The translations under genes and the position numbers were made by a program. A stretch of DNA of 64,000 nucleotides from Gemmatimonadota bacterium (GTDB lineage: Bacteria > Gemmatimonadota > Gemmatimonadetes > Palauibacterales > Palauibacteraceae): assembly GCA_963666735.1 (NCBI GenBank), contig OY762926.1:3328001-3392000 (forward strand), read 5' to 3'. This document shows, one piece after another, positions 57,389 through 64,000 of this stretch (positions within the stretch are counted from its first letter, which is position 1; each line of letters begins with the position of its first letter). The notes below the pieces were generated by a model. The model ran no database searches. It was given only the letters and a program-made list of their open reading frames with translations, and had not been told where the DNA came from.

Positions 57389-59629
57389 TCAGCCTCCGTC
57401 CGAGACCACCGTCGGGGCTTCCTCGCCCTCGAGCGTTTCAAGGACCTGGCGCCACTGGAAGTTCTCGCCGAGGCCGCGCACGTAGTAGTCCATCCACGCC
57501 ATCTCGCTCACCGCCTTCACGAGCCGGTTGCGCGGGTCCGGGATGCCGTGACTGCGGCCCGGATACATGAACAGTTCCGTTGGCACCCCCAGCTTCTTGA
57601 GCGCCATGTGGAGTTCCACCGACTGCGGGCTCGGCACGCGGGGGTCGCCCTCCACCACATGGATCATGGTGGGCGTCTTCGCGTTCACGATGTACTTGAG
57701 CGGGGACTGGTCGAAGTACGTGTCGAAGTCCTCGTACAGGAAGCCGTCGCCCACGTAGAACTGGCGGTTCCGCTGCACGTCGCTCTGCGCGTACATGCTG
57801 ATCCAGTTCATCGTCCCGGCGCCGGAGCTGATCGCCTTGAAACGGTCCGTCTGCGTGAGGATCCAGTTGGACCAGTGGCCGCCCGCGCTCCAGCCCAGCG
57901 CCCCCATGCGGTCGCCGTCCACGATCCCCTCGGCGATCAGGTGGTCGACGCCCGTCATGATGTCCTCGTAGCCCATCGTGAAGTAGTCGCCGACGATGTC
58001 CGTGCGGTGCGCGTTCCCGTAGTTGCGCGAGCCGCGATAGTTGGGCTTGAGCACGGCGTAGCCGGCGCCCGCGTACACCTGCGCGTTGTAGCCGCCGTTG
58101 AAGCGCAGGATGTCGGCGGACGCCGGCCCCCCGTGGATCGCGACGATGAGCGGATAGCGCGTCCCCTCCTCGTACCCGACGGGATAGACGAGCACGCCCC
58201 CGGCCATCTTCCCGTCCGAGGAACGCCAGTTGACCTCGGCCTCCTCGCCGAAGGCCACCTCGCCCAACTGCGGGTTCACGTCGACGAGTTGCGTCCACTT
58301 CGAGCGGTCCGGGACATCGTCGACGCTCGCGACCGTGAACACGGTGGGCGCGGTCTGCGGGTCGCTGTAGTTGATGAGGAGCGTGCCGGTGTCCTCATCC
58401 TCGGACACGGAGATCGCCGCCCGCTCCTCGGTGAGCTGCCGCACCGCGCCCGTCCCCACGTCGAGGGCGTGCAATTGCGTCGTCACCTTCACGCCGGCGT
58501 TGAAGTAGATCGTCTCCGAGTCCTCCGACCAGAAGCCGACGCTCGAACTCTGGTCGAACTCCGTCCCCAGCTTGCGGAACGCGCCCCCGCGGTCGGCGAC
58601 CTCGCGGATGTAGACGCGATTCTCGGTCATCGAGTAGCGCTCCATCTCGTCCGGAGCGGAGAAGGCGATCCAGCGCCCGTCCGGAGAGAAGCCGAGCCCG
58701 CCCTCGCCGACCTCGTAGTTGTCGGTGAGGCGCTCGATCTCGCCGGTCGCCACTTCCATGAGGTAGAGGTCCGCATAGAGCCGCTGCGCCGTGATGTTGC
58801 GCTCGTAGCGCTCCGTCGAGCCGCCCGTGATCCCGATCCAGCGGCCGTCGTCGGAGATCGTGAAGCTGTTGACGCTGTACGACGAGTCGTCGGTCTCGCG
58901 CTCCTCGACGGCCGAGGTGACATCGACGCTCCACAGGCTCGAGAGGGGCGTGACCGCGTTTCGCACGTCGACGGTGAAGCCCTCCTCGCGCCGCTTCACC
59001 TCGTCCTCGTCGAACGAGTCGGGGCGCGTGAAGTAGACGCCGGTTCCGTCGGGGGAGAAGTCCCACTGGTCGACGCCCGCCTCGCCGTCCGTGATCTGCT
59101 CGGGCTCGGCGTCCGCCAGGTCGTCGGCCGGCAGCCGGTAGAGCTGCTCCCGGCCGTTCTCGCCGGAGCGGTAGACGAGCCAGCGCCCGTCGGGGCTGAA
59201 CGCGAAGCCGGACACGCCTTCCTCCGCGTCCGTGATCTTCCGGGCCTCGCCGCCATCGTGGCGCATCATGTAGAGCTGGGTGTCGTCCCCATCCCGGTTG
59301 GAGGCGAAGAGGAAGAACGACCCGTCCGGAGCCCAGGTCGGGCTGCGCTCGTCCTTGTCCTCCGTGTAGGTGAGCCGGCGGTCCGACGGGACGCCCTCGC
59401 TCAGCGACACCAGGTGGATGTCGGTCTGGGACTCGGCCGCCTCCCAGTCGGGGGTCGTCACGGTGTAGAGCATCCACGCCCCGTCCGGACTCGGCGTCCA
59501 CGATCCGGCGCGTTTCATCTCCTGCACATCCATGAACGTGAACGGCCGCTCCTGCGCGGCGAGCGGCGCCTGCGGCGGCAGCGCGAGCACCGCGGCGGGA
59601 AGAAGGAAGGCGACGGGAAGGGAACGCAT
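57389..59629 (-). CDS. S9 family (prolyl oligopeptidase/acylaminoacyl peptidase) peptidase with N-terminal propeller
   Basis: Signal peptide, PD40-like SPDG repeats, IHGGP, PNYRGS, GWSAGG nucleophile, D.RVP, SHG. Confidence 0.92.
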   Translation of the reverse strand: MRSLPVAFLLPAAVLALPPQAPLAAQERPFTFMDVQEMKRAGSWTPSPDGAWMLYTVTTPDWEAAESQTDIHLVSLSEGVPSDRRLTYTEDKDERSPTWAPDGSFFLFASNRDGDDTQLYMMRHDGGEARKITDAEEGVSGFAFSPDGRWLVYRSGENGREQLYRLPADDLADAEPEQITDGEAGVDQWDFSPDGTGVYFTRPDSFDEDEVKRREEGFTVDVRNAVTPLSSLWSVDVTSAVEERETDDSSYSVNSFTISDDGRWIGITGGSTERYERNITAQRLYADLYLMEVATGEIERLTDNYEVGEGGLGFSPDGRWIAFSAPDEMERYSMTENRVYIREVADRGGAFRKLGTEFDQSSSVGFWSEDSETIYFNAGVKVTTQLHALDVGTGAVRQLTEERAAISVSEDEDTGTLLINYSDPQTAPTVFTVASVDDVPDRSKWTQLVDVNPQLGEVAFGEEAEVNWRSSDGKMAGGVLVYPVGYEEGTRYPLIVAIHGGPASADILRFNGGYNAQVYAGAGYAVLKPNYRGSRNYGNAHRTDIVGDYFTMGYEDIMTGVDHLIAEGIVDGDRMGALGWSAGGHWSNWILTQTDRFKAISSGAGTMNWISMYAQSDVQRNRQFYVGDGFLYEDFDTYFDQSPLKYIVNAKTPTMIHVVEGDPRVPSPQSVELHMALKKLGVPTELFMYPGRSHGIPDPRNRLVKAVSEMAWMDYYVRGLGENFQWRQVLETLEGEEAPTVVSDGG

Positions 59630-59689
59630 CTGAACCTCGACACCAGGGGTGAACACGACATTCGTCCGTCTCATCATACGAACTTCATC

Positions 59690-59733
59690 TTGCCGGAACG
59701 ATAGGTCCGGAATATCATAGCATTGAGGTGCTA
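59690..59733 (+). promoter_or_regulatory. Sigma70-like promoter and operator of the toxin-antitoxin operon
   Basis: TTGCCG (59690)-17 nt-TATCAT (59713), followed by the inverted repeat TAGCA-N6-TGCTA (59718-59733). Confidence 0.6.
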
Positions 59734-59745
59734 CACGGAGGTCTC

Positions 59746-59973
59746 ATGGTTCGAAGCGTGAAGTTGCGGCGCATGGGCGGGTCCGTCGGGGCCACGCTGC
59801 CAAGGGATATGGCGCAGCGTCTCCACCTCGAGGCAGGCGATGAGGTACTGGCGGTCGAGACGGCGAACGGGATCCTGCTGAGCCCCTACGATCCGGATGT
59901 GGAGGACGGACTGAGGATCGCGGTCGAAGCTCAGAAACAGTACCGAAAGGCGCTGAGAGCACTCGCGAAGTGA
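59746..59973 (+). CDS. AbrB/MazE-family antitoxin
   Basis: KLRRMGGSVGATLP..L.L.AGD, LSPYDP, YRKALRALAK; GGAGG RBS; GTGA overlap with the toxin. Confidence 0.88.
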   Translation: MVRSVKLRRMGGSVGATLPRDMAQRLHLEAGDEVLAVETANGILLSPYDPDVEDGLRIAVEAQKQYRKALRALAK

Positions 59974-60371
59974 CCCGGCCGGAGCCGAGCTGGGTGCCCA
60001 GGGTCGTCGTGGAGGCGGTCCAGCTCGACCAGGTTCGCGAGCACGGCGGCCTGATCGGCCTGCGCGACGGGGACGTCCTCGAGGCCGCCCTGGTCCGAGC
60101 GCGGCGGAGATGGACCTACGAACCGGACTCGGATCTGCCGCGTCTGGCCGCCTGCCATACCTTCGGCATATGCTCCGGCCACCCGTTCCGCGACGGCAAC
60201 AAGCGCATCTCGTTCCTCACCGCGGTCATCTTTCTCGGCCTCAACGGACTCGACCTCGTCGCGCCGGACGAAGAGGTGGTGGAGAGGATGTGGGCTCTGG
60301 CCGCCGGCAAGCTGGATGAGGAAGCGATCGCCGAGTGGTTCCGCTCGCGGATCGAAGCCCGGCACGGGTGA
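59970..60371 (+). CDS. doc: Death-on-curing (Doc/Fic) toxin
   Basis: HGG..GLRD, HPFRDGNKR catalytic motif, FLGLNG. Confidence 0.9.
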   Translation: MTRPEPSWVPRVVVEAVQLDQVREHGGLIGLRDGDVLEAALVRARRRWTYEPDSDLPRLAACHTFGICSGHPFRDGNKRISFLTAVIFLGLNGLDLVAPDEEVVERMWALAAGKLDEEAIAEWFRSRIEARHG

Positions 60372-60428
60372 AGCTCGCGACGTTCCCTGTCCACGTCTCT
60401 CCGCGGGAGCGGAAATGCAGGAGCGGAA

Positions 60429-60817
60429 ATGCACCGATTCAGGCTCCGCGTACCGGGCGCCGCCGTACTGCTCCTCACCGTCTCGATCCTGGCGCCGCCG
60501 CCGACACTCTCCGGTCAGGAGGTGGTCGAGAGCGCGGCGCCCCGCGATCCAGACCTGAGACTCGCGGACGAGCCGCTGCTGCGGGTCGGGATCGTCGATG
60601 GCCCGCTCGAATACATCTTCGGCAACGTGACGGGAGCGGTCCGCCTCGAGGACGGGGGTATCGTCGTCGCGGACGAACAGAGCGGCAACATCCGCGGCTC
60701 ATGATCCCGGGCGGAGTCGTCCTCGACGCCGGCCGGGACTGGGTGCTCCTGCGCCAGCGCGACGAACTGGGCGTCCAGATCGTGGCCCTCTACGACCTGG
60801 TCGAAGCCGGCGGATGA
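60429..60817 (+). pseudogene. Internally deleted 6-bladed beta-propeller gene
   Basis: N-terminus (signal, EPLLRVG..DGPLEYIFGNV..VRLEDGGIVVAD) is joined out of frame near 60695 to the family C-terminus VLDAGRDWVLLRQRDELGVQIVALYDL. Compare DELGVPAVRV in 38966..40177. Confidence 0.75.
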
Positions 60818-60906
60818 CGATCCTTCCACCGGCGAGGTAAACGCCCCACCCTCCAGTGCCGTCTCACTTCTCAAAACCACCCGCGGGGGAAGGGACCGGG
60901 AGCGCC

Positions 60907-61494
60907 ATGCTCTCCGACCGAGAGATCCTGGAACTGGTCGAAGGGGCCAGACAGGGAGAGCGAGGGGCGCTCGAGAGGCTGGCGGGCGCGCTTCGTCCCC
61001 TGGTATGCCGGTGGGCCCTGGTCATGACCGGCGATCCCGATGACGCGGAGGACGTGGCGCAACTCGTCCTGATGAAGACGCTGAACTCGATCGCGAGCTT
61101 CGATGGCCGCGCCAGGGTCACGAGCTGGGTCTACCGGATCACGCGGAACGCGAGCCTGGATCACCAGCAGGCGAAACGGCGGGAGCAGCGCCTGGCCGAG
61201 AAGGCGGAGTGGCTGGCGGCGGCCCGGACCCCGCAACTGGAGGATCCGCTGGATGACATCGAGATGAAGCGGACGCTGCGACTGATTCGGACTCTTGTGA
61301 CGGAGCTGTCCATGGCGCAGCGGGAAGTCTTCGATCTGGTGGACCTGCAGGGGCTCAAACCCGCGGAGGCGGCGCGGCTGCTGGAGATGAACCCGAACAC
61401 GCTGCGCGTACATCTGCTTCGCGCGCGGCGCAGGATGCGGAAGGAGATGTTGGCGCAACCCGGCGGGACGGAAACCAGGGGGAACGATGGCTGA
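60907..61494 (+). CDS. ECF RNA polymerase sigma factor
   Basis: DAEDVAQ, SWVYRITRN, LSMAQREVF.L..LQGL...EAA.LL...NTLRVHL.RAR. Confidence 0.9.
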   Translation: MLSDREILELVEGARQGERGALERLAGALRPLVCRWALVMTGDPDDAEDVAQLVLMKTLNSIASFDGRARVTSWVYRITRNASLDHQQAKRREQRLAEKAEWLAAARTPQLEDPLDDIEMKRTLRLIRTLVTELSMAQREVFDLVDLQGLKPAEAARLLEMNPNTLRVHLLRARRRMRKEMLAQPGGTETRGNDG

Positions 61495-61852
61495 ACGGGA
61501 CGCCGAGCGCATCGCGCGGGACGAGCGGAACATGCACGCCGTCCTGTCGGCGATGGCAAGCCAGCTCAGCGACGAACTGCCCGCCGTGCCGCATGAGCCC
61601 GCCACGCCCGTGGAGCGTCGGCGCCCGTGGCGGAGGTGGACCGCGGGGCCGCTCGCGGCGGCGGCCATCGTGGCGGCCCTGCTCCTGTTGCCCGGCGGCG
61701 CCATCGAAGAGGTCAACGACCCCGTCGCGTCCCCCCCGCGGAGCATGGTGAGCGAAATGGATGTGGAGGCCGACGGGCCGTTCGTGGTCTTCCCCACGAA
61801 CGATCCCGACATTGCCGTCGTATGGCTGCTGAGCCCGGAGGAGAGTGACTGA
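61487..61852 (+). CDS. Putative single-pass anti-sigma factor
   Basis: Overlaps the sigma stop; one TM segment (AAAAIVAALLLL) and a short periplasmic tail ending IAVVWL. Confidence 0.6.
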   Translation: MAERDAERIARDERNMHAVLSAMASQLSDELPAVPHEPATPVERRRPWRRWTAGPLAAAAIVAALLLLPGGAIEEVNDPVASPPRSMVSEMDVEADGPFVVFPTNDPDIAVVWLLSPEESD

Positions 61853-62430
61853 TGATCGGCAAGACGCAAGGAAGGGTGAACGTGCGGGAGAACCGGAAGG
61901 TGAGCGCGAGTGTCCGCCGGGCCTTGATCACGACGTTGGCCCTCGGCGCGCTTCCGGGCATGGTGAGCGCGCAGGAGCGCGAGGATGCGGCCGAAGTCAT
62001 CCAGAACGTCCAACTCCTCTTTCATCTGGTCGAGGCGGATGGCTTCAGCGACCACGACCCGGAGATCGCGGACGTCGTGAGCGAACTGAGGAGGCTCTTC
62101 AACTTCAAGGGATACCGGCTCCTGTCGACTTCGGTGCTGAACGTCGGCCTGTCACATCTCAATAGCAGCACCGCTAGCGGTAGCGGATCCCAGAGAATCG
62201 TCCCGGACGATTCCCTGACTCCGTTGGCGATCAGCACGGAGGTCCGTGCGCGCCATGCCGCAAGGACCGTCCGCGCCAAGGTGACCCTCACGGATCTGGT
62301 GCCCCTACCGCTTCTCGAAGCCTCTGTCACGATCCGCGACGGTCAGAGGGTGGTGTTGGGATCGGCGCGCCGCTCTGCGGACGCGCCCGTGCTCATCCTT
62401 ATCGTGACCCCAAAGATCGATCCGACGTGA
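61852..62430 (+). CDS. Secreted hypothetical protein coupled to the ECF operon
   Basis: TGATG coupling, signal peptide ending VSA|Q, LRRLFNFKGYRLL, C-terminal GQRVVLG...LILIVTP reminiscent of secretin C-terminal strands. Confidence 0.6.
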   Translation: MIGKTQGRVNVRENRKVSASVRRALITTLALGALPGMVSAQEREDAAEVIQNVQLLFHLVEADGFSDHDPEIADVVSELRRLFNFKGYRLLSTSVLNVGLSHLNSSTASGSGSQRIVPDDSLTPLAISTEVRARHAARTVRAKVTLTDLVPLPLLEASVTIRDGQRVVLGSARRSADAPVLILIVTPKIDPT

Positions 62431-62511
62431 TCAGTGCTTCCCGACCCGTCCCGGCATCTTCGGGGCATGGCGACTCAACGTCCGCAGGAGAATGTCCACA
62501 GGAGCGAATCC

Positions 62512-64000
62512 ATGAGACAATCCATGAGACGGCATCTGACCCTCACGGGGGTGTGTCTATCCGTCCTCGCGGGTTGCGGCGACGCCCGCTCGCACGCCGA
62601 GCTGATGACCGATGCGGCCGCCGACGCGGAGGCGATCGAGTTCGAGCGCGCCATGGCCCGCTACGACTCGGCGCGTGCCGCAGCGTCCGACGACGCCGAC
62701 GCTCACCGGCAATACGCCACGCTGGCCGGCTATTTCAGCCTGCATGCGGAAGCCGCGCGGGCTTGGGAGCGGGTGCTCGAACTGGAACCCGGCGATTCCG
62801 CTGCCTGGGAAGGCTACATCCACGATCTTCGCTGGGGCGGGATTTTCGAGACTGATCGAAGGTACGCGGAGAAGATCCTGCAGATCCTCCCCGAGGCGCT
62901 CCGCCACGCGCCGGCCCGGCCCCTCATCTACGGCGACGCACAAGACGCGGCGGAGGATCTCGGACAACTCGAAGCGTACGGCGCGATCCTCGCCGAGGTG
63001 CGGGCGGTGCGGCCGGACGACCAGATCCTGCTCCACGCGACCGATGCGCTCCGTGCCACACTCGCCGAAAAGGAGGAAGGCGACCGGGGCCAGGTCGTGA
63101 GGGATTCGATCGGGGCCGCGCTCGACGCGCTCGCGGCCGAGGCCGAGGATGATGCGGACATCGCGGCGCCGGTGCTGTACCGGCTCGCGGCGGGGTACGA
63201 CGACTTCGGGATCCTCCGGCGGGAAGATGACGCGGACCGCTGGCTGGAGCGTCTCGAGGCGGCGCCCGGCCGGGGAGTGTTGGCGGACGACTTGCGGTAC
63301 TGGGACCTGACCTCCGACTTCGAGATGGCCCGGCGCGGGTATGCGGACAGTACGGTCGACATGGGGCGCCTCGCCGCCGAGGGTTTGAAGTCACGGGATC
63401 TCGGCCGCCGCGGCGCGTGGGTAAACCGCAACCACACGGTGGCGACGCAGCGTGCCCTCGCTTCAATAGCCGGCGATGCGCCGAGCAGCGGGACGGTGTG
63501 GGGGGAGGCGGCCGTCGCGGCGGAACCCCCGCACGCGCCGCTCGAACCGGAGCTGGCCGGGCGGCTGTTCGATGCCTCGATGGCTGCGGTCCGCTGGCGG
63601 GAGGGGGTGTTCGCGACGCTCCGCAGCCTGCTCTACTTCGGGATCGAGCCGCAGGCCGTGCTCGAGGAAACGACCGCGATCGAGGAAGACCTGCGAGGAC
63701 ACAGTCCCGGATACCTGTACCCCGGCCTCCGGGGCGACGAACGGGAGCGGTCGCGACAGGTTGTGATCGATCGCGCTCGCATCCTCCAGGCTCGCGCGCT
63801 CACGCAGCTCGGCGAGATCGAAGCGGCCGGCGAGCTGTTCGAGCAAGTGGCGAACGAATCGCGGGGTGCCGCCACCCTGGGAGCCTACGGGCGTCATCTC
63901 CTCCGCACGGACCGGCCCGTGGAGGCTCTCGACGCCTTCGTGGAGGCGATCGCGTTCGGCGGATCCCGGTTTCAGCCCCTGGCGGAGGAAGCCGCTGCGG
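62512..64000 (+). CDS. TPR-containing lipoprotein; runs off the right window edge
   Basis: Not in the ORF track. Frame appears open from ATG 62512 (GGAG RBS) to the window end (checked by eye, not every line): MRQSMRRHLTLTGVCLSVLAGC lipobox, TPR-like AARAWERVLELEPGDSAAW and ARALTQLGEIEAAGELFEQ. Confidence 0.75.
   Translation, partial: MRQSMRRHLTLTGVCLSVLAGCGDARSHAELMTDAAADAEAIEFERAMARYDSARAAASDDADAHRQYATLAGYFSLHAEAARAWERVLELEPGDSAAWEGYIHDLRWGGIFETDRRYAEKILQILPEALRHAPARPLIYGDAQDAAEDLGQLEAYGAILAEVRAVRPDDQILLHATDALRATLAEKEEGDRGQVVRDSIGAALDALAAEAEDDADIAAPVLYRLAAGYDDFGILRREDDADRWLERLEAAPGRGVLADDLRYWDLTSDFEMARRGYADSTVDMGRLAAEGLKSRDLGRRGAWVNRNHTVATQRALASIAGDAPSSGTVWGEAAVAAEPPHAPLEPELAGRLFDASMAAVRWREGVFATLRSLLYFGIEPQAVLEETTAIEEDLRGHSPGYLYPGLRGDERERSRQVVIDRARILQARALTQLGEIEAAGELFEQVANESRGAATLGAYGRHLLRTDRPVEALDAFVEAIAFGGSRFQPLAEEAAA

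Noticed and set aside
56288..59704. 1138-aa plus-strand ORF
   Set aside because: Antisense shadow of the S9 peptidase and GSDH genes; typical of high-GC codon bias, with no motifs.

Overview
High-GC bacterial chromosomal window. Gene content and the repeated 6-bladed beta-propeller lipoproteins resemble Gemmatimonadota such as the sponge-associated lineages (inference only). From left to right: (1) the edge of a defence island with a BREX pglZ (type B) missed by the ORF track, a truncated wHTH gene, an intact Schlafen/AlbA_2 ATP-binding protein and an ARPP-1/MerR-like pair; (2) an exported D-amino-acid oxidase, alkA and a complete moxR-DUF58-batABCDE operon; (3) a Tat-exported FMN alpha-hydroxy-acid oxidase with a CxxCH motif, a 163-bp MITE and an amidohydrolase-DUF305-LVIVD group; (4) a binding protein-histidine kinase-RsbU/RsbW/RsbV signalling module and a porin, divergent from a nitrogen-linked operon: amt, circularly permuted ATP-grasp, alpha-E, transglutaminase, TorF-like porin and an unusual OprM/TolC::DUF1028 (Ntn hydrolase)::TPR fusion, which is the best candidate for an undescribed system; (5) propeller genes, decayed toxin-antitoxin genes and a polyamine-type ABC transporter with two binding proteins; (6) a decayed type I R-M locus (hsdM joined to an hsdS tail by deletion) that keeps a second intact Schlafen-type gene; (7) hydrolases, an AbrB-Doc toxin-antitoxin pair, an ECF sigma module and a truncated TPR lipoprotein. 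I recognised no rRNA, tRNA or CRISPR array. All family calls come from motif recognition by eye; no database search was run.
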